Assembly: GCF_006345805.1 (NCBI RefSeq)
Contig: NC_043001.1
Location: forward strand, 38,130,001-38,194,000
DNA from: Octopus sinensis
Lineage: Eukaryota
Direction: 5' to 3'
DNA: 64,000 bases
Below, piece by piece: positions 38,190 through 51,485 of the stretch. The notes below the pieces were generated by a model. That model saw only the letters and a program-made list of their open reading frames with translations. It did not search any database and was not told the origin of the DNA. Position 1 is the stretch's first letter; every line of letters starts with the position of its first letter. The position numbers and the translations under genes are program-made.

Positions 38190-38945
38190 TGGTAGGACTT
38201 GAACTCAGACCACAAAGAGCTGGAACAAATATTCCAAACCATCCTGTCCAACATTCTTACAGTTCTACTAGTTCACTCTGGATTAGTATTTTTATTGACC
38301 TTAAAAGGTAAAAGACAAAGTTGACCTTAGAAGGATTTGAACTCAGAGTGCCAAAACTCAGAACTAATACCACAAGGCATTCTATCAAAAGCTCTAATGA
38401 CTCTACCAATTTACTACCTTTAATGTCTTTGAAGGATCAAGACAAAAAGCCTTCCTTGCATATTGAAAAGAAATTATGCACAACATGGTTTCAAGCAAGT
38501 GAGATATTAATGCAAATTTTATATGTAACTTCTTTGAAAAGTTTGATCTAAATTTCATTCTCAATGACCATCAATTCTTATTATGTGTTAGTCACCACTA
38601 ACATAGTAAGTAATACATAACATATGCACCCAAACAAACATTGCATAATTGAATTTTTACTTCCTTTCTTGATGAATGAATTCTAACATCTGTAATAAAT
38701 GGCTTTAACTATGTACAGGTTTGAGAATTAGTTGTTAATATTATTTGACAAGATTTGACAAGAATTGTTAGCATACCAAGCAAAAAACTAACTGGCATTT
38801 CACCCATCTTTACATTCTGAGTTCAAATGTCTTTCATCCTTTCAGAGTTGATTGAATAAGTACCAGTTGAACACTGGGTTCAATGCAATTGACTTATACC
38901 CCACCCCCAAATTTTCTGGCCTTGTGCTAAAATTTAAAACCAATA
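38190..38945. mobile_element. Two copies of a second tRNA-derived SINE family (minus 38190-38395, plus 38755-38945; another minus copy at ~20060-20230)
   Basis: Shared ctttcatcctttc.g.g.t.gat.aaataagtaccagttga.cactggg block and tRNA-like gagttcaaat head. Confidence 0.65.
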
Positions 38946-39149
38946 TTATTTGACAAAGTTAATATTTTCACAAGTGTGTTAATATTGGTTTCTCACTTAG
39001 ACACAAGGCTATATATTGTAGCTAAGGGTTTATTGCTTTACAACTGTTCATAATTGGAAATTATTTTAACCAAGGAGTGTAGCAGGTTTGATCCCAGTAG
39101 GGGTTTCAATACAGAATCCAAAGGAATATAGCTAAATACTGCAAGACAT

Positions 39150-39880
39150 TTAATGTAGATTTTCACCATTGCTGGTATAAGACAATCATACATAAGTTCA
39201 TTAACATAGCAAGATATTGTGTCTAACAGCCTATTATATCTACCAGTAAATCAATATACATGAGCTAATTAATACTGTAAAGTATTTTGTTTATCAGTGC
39301 TCCATTTTTCCCAGTAAATCATCAGTCATAAGTGCAGTAATAGAGCAAAACACTTTGTCTAATTCTCTACTGTTCAGGCCATTAAATAATCATGCATAAT
39401 TTTAAAGAAATTCTGTATAGAAATCCACTGATCCTGTCAGTAAATCATCACCAAAAGTGTATTAATATTAAAGACATTTTGATACATCTTCCATCATTCT
39501 TGTATTAAATCACCAGTTATAAATACATTATAAGGCTATCATCTGTAAGAGGACTCATAGTACCATATATTTTTAACTAACAGTCTTCCATTGTTGCAAG
39601 TAATTCATCATCCAAAGTCCATAAATATTTAATATATTTTTGTCTAGTTGGTTAATATTTCTGTAATCAAGGTATCATCTATAAATGCATGAGTAATGCA
39701 AAACATTTTGTTTAACAGACCACCATTTCAGCTATTAACACATAGGTGAGTAAGCCATTTTGCCTTATCCTCTACCATTCTTGTAATCAAGTCATTGTAC
39801 ACAAGTGCATTGTACGCAAGGTATTTTGTCTAACACACTGCCTTTTCTGCTATTAAATCACTATCCATTAGTGCTTTGAT
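39150..39880 (-). repeat. Highly degenerate ~60-70 bp tandem array
   Basis: Recurring taaatcatca anchors (~39247, 39315, 39383, 39441, 39506, 39601, 39853) and ttgtctaa-like anchors (~39219, 39288, 39355, 39640, 39708, 39826). Confidence 0.7.
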
Positions 39881-39889
39881 TCATCAAAA

Positions 39890-40440
39890 TTGATTCCTGC
39901 AATCCTGAATGCTTCAAACCTCTGATCCACACACTGCAGGATGTGCAAATCTCTTCTCTTCAGCATCTCCTTAGCCAAGTATCTCTGTTCCCTTGCTGCC
40001 ACTCTAACTAATTGATAATGCTCTCTGTTACCATCTTGCTTCCAAGTTTTACAAGCCTATCTCTCAACTTTCATAACTATGTCATTTGGTTTGGCTGAGA
40101 CCGTGCACCAGCAAGACATCTGATTTGTAGCCCCAAGAAGGTTAATCTCTACTATTGGTATCAAAATATTTATCACTCTAGTCAAACATGTCGATTAAAA
40201 TTTTTTTGAATTTGCCTAACCTTGACTCATTCTTCACCAAGAAAGTTTTTAGTATCTATAATGGCCTGTCTATTCCTGGTGAAAATGAAATCTGTCTGAC
40301 TTGTGCATTCACCAAACTGATAGGTGATGAGATTATTGGTCAATTTCATGAGATCAATTTCATCAAAGAACATACACCTTCATTTCTTGTACCATATCCA
40401 TAGCTTTCGTGCATATAATGGAAACCATTATTGATTGACT
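39890..40440 (-). mobile_element. RTE LINE APE-endonuclease/linker remnant
   Basis: Minus translation NGFHYMHESYGYGTRNEG...TSQTDFIFTR...TKNFLGEE. Confidence 0.75.
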
Positions 40441-40564
40441 AATATGTCAGTTAAAGTCATCAGCCATGATAATGAAGCTGCAGTTTATTGTCAGGCGGTA
40501 GTTTGCAGATGGGTCTTCTAAAAATGGTCCTTCTGTTTGTCAATCCCATACATATATATTAATA

Positions 40565-41386
40565 TATATATATAAATAAATATATATTTATACATATATA
40601 TTAATATATATGTATAAATAAATATATATGGCTAAGGACTGAGATATCTGGCACATTGCTGTATTCAAGAAGATCAGTCTGCCACAGCAGAATTGATACT
40701 GGTGTGCTCACTGGCCTTACTAGCTCTGGTTCAATCCATGCCAGCATAGAAAATGGATGCTAAGTGATGATGATGACATACATACATACATACATACAGT
40801 GAGAGAGAGAGAGAACAGACTTCCTCAAATGTCTGGTGGGATCTCAAGAAGTTGTAGATAGCTTCCGTTACCTAGGTGACCAAGTTAGCAGAGGGATTCA
40901 GTGTTTCATTATGCGTATACTCATGCTTTGTGGTTGTTCTAGGTCTTTTAGTAAATCACTTCTAATTGCAAATCCAACACCACCTTCCCTTTTCTCGCCT
41001 TTCAGCTTTTCAACCCAGAATAATGTGAAACCTGCCACTCTTTCGACAAGATGATCTTCATCTACAAATCTTGTTTCAGAAAGAGCTTTTTCTCAAAAGG
41101 ATACTGCAATCCAACAGTGGTAAGTCAATTTGAATTCAGAGCTTTATTCTCCTATACTGGTTGTCCTAATCATGGCTTCATTTCAAAACAGGAGCTCAGT
41201 CTACCTCCATCAACAGTCATGGCTTTGACAGTGCAGCCAGTTAAGGGACTGTCATTACCATGACCTGGTTTATGTCAGAGTTACTCTTCTAGAAGAGTTG
41301 CCTTCTCCATGGCTAATGAGCTTCATCTTCCCTCACAAAAAAAAAACAAAAACATTTGTACACATTTAAAACACACACACACACAT

Positions 41387-41433
<47 letters not shown>

Positions 41434-41765
41434 CAAAATGCCCCCCATCCAATGGAAGGTGCTGAGTTGTCAAACATTTAAACCAAATTTTCTTAAAACA
41501 ACTTGTCTAACCGTCCCATAGGCCTCCCTTTGAGAAACACTGATTTAACCTAAATTTGAGACACCAGCAAAAGAAGGAAAACGATTTCCCACGGTTTTAT
41601 CGATCACATTCTCACCTGGAATCGATTTTTGTAATTTTTTCAAGACTTATACACGCCCTGATACCGTCGGTATCTACATATCAAATTTGAGTGCAATCGG
41701 ATGGAGGGTTTCCAAGATCCTAGAAGCCACACACACACTCACACAGACAGAACGGATTTTATAAG

Positions 41766-41798
<33 letters not shown>

Positions 41799-42974
41799 TA
41801 TATTTATACATATATATTAATATATATGTATAAATAAATATATATGGCTAAGGACTGAGATATCTGGCACATTGCTGTATTCAAGAAGATCAGTCTGCCA
41901 CAGCAGAATTGATACTGGTGTGCTCACTGGCCTTACTAGCTCTGGTTCAATCCATGCCAGCATAGAAAATGGATGCTAAGTGATGATGATGACATACATA
42001 CATACATACAGTGAGAGAGAGAGAGAACAGACTTCCTCAAATGTCTGGTGGGATCTCAAGAAGTTGTAGATAGCTTCCGTTACCTAGGTGACCAAGTTAG
42101 CAGAGGGATTCAGTGTTTCATTATGCGTATACTCATGCTTTGTGGTTGTTCTAGGTCTTTTAGTAAATCACTTCTAATTGCAAATCCAACACCACCTTCC
42201 CTTTTCTCGCCTTTCAGCTTTTCAACCCAGAATAATGTGAAACCTGCCACTCTTTCGACAAGATGATCTTCATCTACAAATCTTGTTTCAGAAAGAGCTT
42301 TTTCTCAAAAGGATACTGCAATCCAACAGTGGTAAGTCAATTTGAATTCAGAGCTTTATTCTCCTATACTGGTTGTCCTAATCATGGCTTCATTTCAAAA
42401 CAGGAGCTCAGTCTACCTCCATCAACAGTCATGGCTTTGACAGTGCAGCCAGTTAAGGGACTGTCATTACCATGACCTGGTTTATGTCAGAGTTACTCTT
42501 CTAGAAGAGTTGCCTTCTCCATGGCTAATGAGCTTCATCTTCCCTCACAAAAAAAAAACAAAAACATTTGTACACATTTAAAACACACACACACATATAC
42601 ATACATATATATATATATTATATATATATATATATATATATGAGCAAAATGCCCCCCATCCAATGGAAGGTGCTGAGTTGTCAAACATTTAAACCAAATT
42701 TTCTTAAAACAACTTGTCTAACCGTCCCATAGGCCTCCCTTTGAGAAACACTGATTTAACCTAAATTTGAGACACCAGCAAAAGAAGGAAAACGATTTCC
42801 CACGGTTTTATCGATCACATTCTCACCTGGAATCGATTTTTGTAATTTTTTCAAGACTTATACACGCCCTGATACCGTCGGTATCTACATATCAAATTTG
42901 AGTGCAATCGGATGGAGGGTTTCCAAGATCCTAGAAGCCACACACACACTCACACAGACAGAACGGATTTTATA

Positions 42975-42995
<21 letters not shown>
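40565..42995. repeat. Near-perfect ~1.21 kb tandem duplication (40565-41780, 41781-42995)
   Basis: Identical ORFs at 40836/42048 and 41051/42263 (offset 1212); differences seen only in microsatellite tracts; junctions in (TA)n. Confidence 0.97.
41490..41770. mobile_element. Helitron/Helentron-derived (DINE-1/Lep1-like) repeat end; duplicated at ~42700-42980
   Basis: caaatttgagtgcaatcgg...(CA)n-cagacagaacggattttataagatat resembles the microsatellite-bearing 3' end of such elements; similarity judged by eye only. Confidence 0.45.
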
Positions 42996-43009
<14 letters not shown>

Positions 43010-44579
43010 TAAAACTTATAATTTTTACAATTTAAAAAATATTTTTTATTAATTTTTTTATTCATAAAAATAGATAGATAAATAAATAGATTTACAATAA
43101 AAAACTTCGTGGAAAATGGCGATTTGACATCTATATCTAGCATATAGGCTGTCCACTTTTAGTGGTCTGTCCTCTAAATTTATATATATATATATATATA
43201 TGCATTCACACACATACATGCACACAAAATGAACTTCTGTTTCAGTTTCCACTGGTAAAGTCTAAGTTAATTCTAGGCTATGATAGAAGATACTTGTCCA
43301 AGATGGCATGCTGTTGTATTGAAACCAGAACCATATGTCTGTAAAGCAAACGTTTTAACCCCTCAGCTATAAGTAGATACCATCTTGGCTACTAAGACTC
43401 ATAGAGCCAGTTACTCAGTTTCCATGATGTATAAGTGACTGAGAGCATAACATTCTCTGGTACCCTGAACAGGGTACCTATCTATCACAGTGCTACTCAT
43501 TTACAGCTGAGTAGACTAGAGCAACGTGAAATTATTTTTACCCCAAAACACAACACACCACCTGATCTGGGAATCAAAACGATTTTGCAATTAAAGTACT
43601 ACATGATAACCACTAGGTCACTCACACACCTTCACCACAGCTGTACCTAATTAAATTTTTTTTTAATTATTTTTTTTTTTTTGGTTACTTACAATTTACA
43701 GATATCAGTTATTTAACTAACACCCTTATCCCGATGATGAATTTTGCAATTGTCCTATGCCACCTCACATTTTTTTAGAGACAATGTCACTTTAGACATT
43801 ATATAGTAGCTGAGACTGTGTAAGTAGAATAGAGGAGGAATAGAGGACAAGAATGAGGACATGTTAAAAAAATACAATGAAAAACAGTAAGAAGAAAGTA
43901 GAACAGCAGCAGGATTGGATAAAAGTAAAAGAGGGTGTGTTTAATAAAACTTAGGAGTATTGGCACTAACATATACATTGATACTACCCTCTGAATTATT
44001 TTAATTTCCCTCTTATCATTGATATATACTTTTACTCTACTATACCTACTGTCATTCATTAAAAGAAGAACAGAAAATAAATGACAAATGTCATTGCCAG
44101 GAACATTAACATTAACCAATCCAAAGACCCTGCATACAGTTATGCAACAGTGCTAATGGGGAATGAAAATTTCTTCACTGATGACAATCCCACCAGTTAG
44201 ATGGAGCTGTGATGGGTGAATGAAGAGGGGTTGGGACAATATAAGTGGCTGGGGAGTGAGAAACTATAGTGGGTGAGGAAAGAAGTCAGAGTATGAACAA
44301 GAGAGGAGAAAAAAGTGAAGAGCTGAATGCAAGTGAAAAAAAGATGAAGGGAAGAGGAGAGGATCACGAGTGGTAAAACAGTAAGAGTAGAATGTATCCC
44401 ACTCATCCTGTATTAATTACTACATATATTAGTCAGATATCAACAGGAGAAAGAATATTATTAGTCACATCAAAATGAAGCCTTTATATTGAAAGTTCAT
44501 GTGTCAAGGAAGCTGCATAGTATATTAGGTGGCTATATGTACATATATACACACACATACATATACATTCAAAGATATA

Positions 44580-44970
44580 CTCTTTTACTTGTTTCAGTCA
44601 TTTGATTGTGGCTATGCTGGAGCACCACCTTTAGTCGATCAAATTGACCCCATGACTTATTCTTTGTAAGCCTAGTACTTATTCTATCGGTCTCTTTTGC
44701 CAAACCGCTAAGTTACAGGGACGTAAGCACATCACCATCGGCTGTCAAGCAAAGCTGGGGGGACAAACACAGACGCACAAACATACATTTACATATATAT
44801 ACATATATATGACGGGCTTCTTTCAGTTTCTGTCTACCAAATCCACTCACAAGGCCTTGGTCAGCCCGAGGCTATAGTAGAAGAAACTTGCCCAAGGTGC
44901 CACACAGTGGGACTGAACCCAGAACCATGTGGTTGGTAAGCAATCTACTTACCACACAGCCACTTCTATG
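44580..44970 (-). mobile_element. Full-length tRNA/CORE-type SINE
   Basis: Head (minus) gaagtggctgtgtggtaag...ggttctgggttcagtccc, CORE-like block, tail ending gaaacaagtaaaagagta. Confidence 0.9.
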
Positions 44971-45235
44971 CCTATATATATATACACACACATACATATA
45001 TACACATATACATACATGTATGTATGCATAAATATATGTGTGTGTGTGTATATATACACACAAACACACACATACACACGTATACACACACACATACATA
45101 CATACACACATGTGCACATGCATGTACACACAGTCCACCAATAAAATGTATACAGACTTCAAAAAAAAAGAAAAACATGGAAAAATATTTTAGACTAAAT
45201 TTATTCAGACATTATGAGACAAATACAAGTTACCT

Positions 45236-45715
45236 TTAGCCTCTACAATTACAAGAGGTGCTGAAAGTGGTGACCATTAGCTTTTGGCAGTTATTATTGT
45301 GCCGAACTGCAGCTTGGGCAATGTCAGCTAATGTATCCAGTGGGACTGCTGCACATTCCATTTCATTTTCATTCCAAAGGGTCACCAGAGTAACCAATTT
45401 TCTGCAATGAACAGCATCCTTTAGGGTGCCCCATAAGTAAAAATCTGCAAGTGTTAAATCAGGAGAACATGTAAGGAACTCAGTTGCCCCTCTTTGTCCT
45501 GTCCAGTATTTTTGCAAATTCTCATCCAAGGAAGTGTGGACATCTTGGCAGCAATATGATAGTGCACCATCTTTTGAAAGAAAAATTCACCATTTTCATA
45601 AATTGCATGTATGGCAAGTAAAATTGACATGTGCAGCTTGTCTGGGTATGCTTGACCAGCAACAGTAACTTCAAAGAAAAATGGTCCTATTAGACACTCT
45701 ACACAAGACAGGATT
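45236..45715 (-). mobile_element. Tc1/mariner-superfamily transposase C-terminal remnant
   Basis: LIGPFFFEVTV.G..Y...L, FFFQ.., CSPDLTLADFYLWGTLKDAV (SPDL motif). Confidence 0.9.
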
Positions 45716-46142
45716 GGATTTAAACCAAAGGGGTGCCCAGGGCACTTCAAATTCAGTGGGCCCCCTCATACACAAGAATTAAAATCTTGGAAAATTAGCA
45801 AATTTAAATTTCAAAACCCATTGCATGTAATTATATTTGACAAGTTAGCAGAGGAAGTTCAAATAAATGACAGAAAATGTCGCCTTATAGACACACTTTT
45901 CAAAATTCAAATTATTTTCTCACACATTCACTTGCAGTGTTTGACTTTTCCTTCATTATGAAAAGTACAATGAAGGAGGGAAGAGATGGTAAGATTTTTT
46001 TTCTTTAACATGAGTTACAAATGTTTCAGAATGTAGAATATGATAAAATGACAGAAAATTACGAAAAAGAAAGATATATCATTTTAGTGGTTATTGTTGT
46101 TCCAAAGGCACAATGAATGTGTGTGAGTGTGTGTGTGTGTGA

Positions 46143-46200
<58 letters not shown>

Positions 46201-46226
46201 GAGGTGGATGAGAGACAAACATTTAA

Positions 46227-46446
46227 CCCTTTCGTTACCAACCCGGCTGAAACCGGCTCTGGCTCTGAATACAAATGTCTTGTTTTCAAAAGTCCTGAAT
46301 TAAAATCTTCCACTAAACCTTAGTCACAATTTATGTTCCTAACACCAGTTTAATGATAACTAAGTTATTTTACTAAATTCTTTGTTTTATTTAAAGTAAT
46401 TGAAAGAAACACTGAGCATCTCAAAATAAATACGGTAACAAAAGGG
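46227..46446. mobile_element. piggyBac-type MITE family A, uninterrupted copy
   Basis: TTAA TSDs at 46223-46226 and 46447-46450; TIRs CCCTTTCGTTACC / GGTAACAAAAGGG; reverse complement of 8659-9064 minus the nested insert. Confidence 0.92.
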
Positions 46447-46570
46447 TTAAAAGACATCGATTTTTAAAACTTTGGTTTTAAAAAAGCTTCCTTTCATTGT
46501 TTTGCAACGCATGAAAAAAGGGAAAACCTGAACAAAAGTGAGGAAATTCCAACATATATGGGGCAGCCAT

Positions 46571-48000
46571 TCTGAAAGAATTTCATTTCTCCATCAGATG
46601 ACAACACACAAGTTCTGGTCTTCTCGTAAGCCTTCGCAATGGCAAGAACTATTTCTAGAATGCCATATGCTCAAAGGATCTTCAACACTTTGTAATGATG
46701 GATGCTGTCAAACCCATTGCTAGAGTCCATAAAGGTTATAATGGTGGGTAGTGGTCTTGATTTAGCTCCTGTAATACGCCTCAGGGTTTAGATCTAAAAT
46801 GTAGATATCCCTGGTCTAAATCCATTTTAATTTACTTTCAGGTGACTATCAAGCACCTGTTAAATCCTGTTGAGGATCATTCAGTGGATGACTTTGAGTG
46901 AAATATTGGACAGTGCAATTCCTCTGTAGTTAGTTTCATTGCTGAGGTTTCCTGACATTCGGATTGGTATCAAGTTGATCTCAGACCACTGATCTGGATT
47001 TTCTTAGTTCTGCAACAGCTTATTAGCAAAATCCAGTATTATTCCATCCAGATTACCCCTCTTGATAACTTCAAGGGGAGTTTCATCAGGCCCAGCAGTT
47101 TTTACCTCTTTTAGTCAACTCTTAACACTCTGGATTATTTCAAATACTAGCTGGGGTGCTACAAGGAGATACACTTGTACCATATCTGTATTGAATTATG
47201 CAATGCATGATCCAAAAGACAACAGTAATGAAGGCCTTGGTTTCATCATAGACTGACAAAGATCATGGTGAGTGCCAGCAGTAACCATCACAGACCTGAA
47301 CTTCACAGATGACACAGAACTCATATCTAATAAATTGCTCATATCTAATAGATCATGCTCAAAAGCTGCTAAGACAGTACTGTACACATATGTCAAGAAA
47401 ACGGAATACATGTCGTTCAACCAATCAAATGGTTCCAAATTGAATGTTGTTGAAGACTTCAAGTATTTAGGTGGTTAGGTGAGCAGTTTGGAAGCAGACA
47501 TTGAGATCAGGAAGACACAAGTATGGACAACCAGTCACAAACTAAAGAAAGTCTGAAACTCCAAATTGCCCAGGCAAATCAAAATCAAGCTGGTCATTGC
47601 AACTGTTGAATCAGTGCTATTATATGGTAGTGAAACATGGACACTGACAAAGAAATTATCAAATGGGCTAAATGGATGCTACCCAAGGATGCTGCAAAAG
47701 GCTGTAAATGTGAAATGGCAGCAACATATGACAAATGAATTGCCTTTATGGAGACCTTCCGAAAGTTAGCAAGAAGATCAGGCAAAAACAGCTGTGACTA
47801 TCTGATCACTGCATGCATCACCCTGAGCTGGAGTGCCCAAATTTGTCTTGTGAGCAGAGGAATTCATTGTCATACTTACATCAACAACTTGATTGCAGAC
47901 ACTGGCCTGGAATGTATCCAGGACCATGAAGCAGTGATGATGGACCAAGAAGTGTGGCAGGTAGACTTTGTTGCTGCAGCCTGGATTGGAACCCAACCAT
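46571..48000. mobile_element. RTE-like LINE with inverted 5' segment (minus 46571-47130, plus 47131-48000)
   Basis: Minus: KTAGPDETP...NYRGIAL...FDSIHH.KVLKIL.AYGI...SDGEMKFFQ. Plus: FQILAGVLQGDTLVPYL...DLNFTDD...FKYLG...VESVLLYGSETW. Confidence 0.9.
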
Positions 48001-49067
48001 AATAAAAAGTAATATTCCAAAAGTCTGCTTTCCCCCCCTGTTTCTAGTGGTGGGGCACAATGAGTAATATTTACTGCATTTTTTACTTTGAGAAAAAAAT
48101 ATTTCTATAAATGTTTGCCATTTAACAAAATCTACATCAACTAAGCAAATGATCTTCTCTAAAATGCATTAAAAACATTGCAACATATTCAGGTCACTAT
48201 TTCAGAAAATTATCTCCGTTCTCTTCGCGCATATAAAAGGCAAATTTAGATGGGGTAAAATGAGTAAGGCAAAATAAGGTAAATTTGCCTCTTCAGTTCT
48301 CCAGAATTACATTTGAAAAAATTCATACACATCAATATCCATTCTTAAAAACCAGAAAAATCAGAAATTCAACAAAAATTTAAATATCTAGGTCAAATGA
48401 AAGGGAATTGTGGAAAAATGTCATTATATGAAATTAACAAAACTTGACTAAATGAAAAAACTCAATATAAAATATTCTCTATAGCATTTTCATAATCTGC
48501 TGGAATGGCTCTCAGCAGAATTCTGGTTTAAGCAACCCATATAACTTCTCATAACATTAATATTTTGAAATTTTGGAACATTTTTGTGAATTTATGTTCT
48601 ACACTTGAGAATTTGTACAACTATGAAAAAAATTTTTTTTTAATCAAAAAAAAATTTTTTATATCACAAACAGTCCGAATTTTTGACTTAAATCCTAGCA
48701 ATAGACTATTAAATGTGTTTATGAGGAGAAAGATATTGAAAAGCATTAGAGGGTATCAGGTGGTTGTGAGACATGCTAAAAATACCAGCTGAATAGCCCT
48801 TCACACACACGCTTACACATACATGCACACACACACACACACACTCAAACACATACATACATGCATACAGTTTTCAATGCCTCACTGAAATAATGAAATT
48901 TACAATGGCAATATATGTGTGTGCATATTTGCATGTGTATGTGTGTGTGTGTGTGTGTGTCTTTAATTGCCATTGGTCACTCCAAGGTCACTGTTCAGTC
49001 ATTCATTGAAAGAAGAAATTTGAACTAGTGGTGGCACGTAAGTGAACCATCCAAACATGGCCATTGC

Positions 49068-49275
49068 CAGCCTTGTCTGGCACCTGTGCTGGTGGCACGT
49101 AAAAAGCACTCACTACACTCACGGAGTGGTTGGTGTTAGGAAGGGCATCCAGCCGTAGAAACATTGCCAGATCAGACTGGGCCTGGTGCAGCCTTCTGGC
49201 TTCCCAGACCCCAGTTGACCCGTCCAACCCATGCTAGCATGGAAAGCGGATGCTAAATGATGATGATGATGATGA
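49068..49275 (+). mobile_element. RTE 3' tail copy
   Basis: Near-identical to 36815-37030. Confidence 0.88.
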
Positions 49276-50099
49276 GACAATAACTTCCTTCTATCAAGTT
49301 ATTTATCTATCTTTATATACATTCATATTCTTCCCTCTCTGTCTCTCTCTCTCTCTCTCTCACAGACACACACACATATACACAAACATACACACACTCA
49401 CAAATACATACATTTTTTTTAGTGTTTTGTTGCTTTCCTTTTGTCTGTCAATGTTCCAAAATCAGCTACAATCAGGGTTGGGTAGAAAGCGTTATTTAAT
49501 TGAATGAATTGATGTCACTAATGCAGTTAAAACGATTGTTGTTTATCAAAAATGATGAGCCATTATATTTTTAAAGATATGTTTGTTTATTGAGAGAGAG
49601 AGAGAGCCTTGAGAGGTGGAGCTTCCTATATTGAGTGCTACATACCCATCATAGCATGGGGGGGGGGGCTATATCTAGGGGATGCCTGGGGCAATTGAAC
49701 TCTTCGACCCCCACCCCATAAATTTGGCCCTGATACCAGACACTGACCCCCTAGTAAATTGACTGCTTTTAAAAAGCTTAATGAAAAAGGCCAAAACAAG
49801 GCAAAAAAGGTAAAAGCAACTTATATTAATCCCATGGTGTCTGAATAAATTTACTATTAAAATATTAAGTTTTTGTCTTCTTTAGCACAATCAAGGAGAT
49901 CCTGTGCAGCAGAAACCTGATCTTCTTTTTGAGACAACCACACTCTACACACTTTACTTCCAAGCACTGCTATGACCAATGGAAGTAAGGTCATAACTTA
50001 GTGTGCATGCATGACAGAGATCAAGGTCGATTTGTACACTCTGTGTACTTTAGCACCATTACCATAACAACAGTCCCGATACTTTTTCATCAGACCTCA

Positions 50100-50245
50100 T
50101 GCACATGAGTTGCTTACCAACCACATGGTTCCAGGTTCAGTTCCACTGCATGGCACCTTCGGCAAGTGTCTTCTACTTAGGCCTTGGGTCGACCAAAGCC
50201 TTGTGAGTGGATTTGGTAGATGGAAACTGAAAGAAGCCTGTTGTA
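50100..50245 (+). mobile_element. CORE-type SINE fragment
   Basis: ttgcttaccaaccacatggttccaggttcag...ggcaagtgtcttctac. Confidence 0.85.
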
Positions 50246-50477
50246 TCTCATCTATAAAAAGCAGAATTTAAATGTGTGTGTATGTATGTTGAAAATTCAT
50301 ACATTTACACAATTCCAAATTTAGTGGATGAAAAAATCGGAATTAATATTCTAAATACCATAACTTAGGTCATAGGGTCATTTTTATGGTCAAAATAACT
50401 CCCAATTATGAAAAAATTCCATAAAACTACATACATAACCAATATTATTTTCTCGTCCCACTACCATTTCAACTGCT

Positions 50478-51485
50478 ACTTTCTGTTATGAGCGTGTAAT
50501 GGAATCTGTTTTCTGTACATTTTCGGTGTTTATTGCCCCTGTGCATCTGCCACACACAAAAACTATCTTCCTGGTTAACCTTCCTTCAATATTGCTGCAC
50601 CTCTTATGTGTCCTTAGCTTACACCGGGTACATCTTATGGAGTTTCTACCTATGCTTTTTCTACAGATTGAGCAGGCCATCTACCTGAAGGGGTTTGTGA
50701 TTTGTTTGCCTTCCTATTTACTTGGACTTTTTGCTAGGTTGACTCTAAAGCCCTTCAGTTCTAGACATTGCTTCCACACCTGAAACTTCATTTCTAGTTC
50801 AGGTAGGGACTCAGCTATTAGACCAAAGTCATCAGTATAGAGGAGCTCCCAGGGGCATCCTGTCTTGAAATTCTCTGTTATTGCCTGGAAGATTATGATG
50901 AATATGTGGTGGCTGAGGACTGATCCTTGGTGAACCCCTACTTCAACACAGAATTCTTCACTATACTTGTTGCCAACCCTCACCTTACTGACAGCATCCC
51001 TGTACAAATCTCTTACCAACCACTTGTCTATCCCTAGTTTCCACATTGACCACTAGATAAGGGATCTGCCTTACCAGAAATATAACATCAGTGATGCTTC
51101 TATCAGGCACAAACCCAAGCTGCATCTCATCTAGGCTAATTCTCTCCCTAATTAGTTGAGCTATGACCCTCTCCGTAACTTTCATCACCTGATCCAGCAA
51201 TTTGATACCCCTGTAGTTATTTCTATCTAAAGCATCACCTTTACCTTTGTAGTAGTTGACTGTGCTGCTGCCACACCAGTAATTGGGTATGACTCCTTCA
51301 TGAACTACCTGATTTATGATACAGGTGACTAGACCATAACCCACACCGCCAGATATTTTAAGCATCTCAGTGGTGATTCCTGATGGACCAAGACCTTTCC
51401 CTGTCTTGATATCCTTAATTGCTTTATCTATCAGGGTACTGTCAATTCGGGTAGCTGGTCCCTCAATTGGATCAATCTTTGGCAT
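50478..51485 (-). mobile_element. RTE LINE RT fragment
   Basis: ORFs 50985..51485, 50714..51046 and 50486..50680 (NYRGIKLLDQVMK, GVHQGSVLS, CPWELLYTDD). Confidence 0.95.

Noticed and set aside
44872-45239. Stack of overlapping ORFs rich in YIYI/CVCV/HTHT (also 24431-25847, 26251-26770, 27731-28510, 30182-30532, 51737-51983)
   Set aside because: These are translations of (TA)n/(CA)n/(GA)n microsatellites and SINEs that lack stops by composition.
43779-49982. Further candidate plus exons (43779-43819, ~49885-49982) and a minus candidate (~51759-51802)
   Set aside because: Splice signals are plausible, but such pseudo-exons are common at this AT content and the joins were arbitrary.
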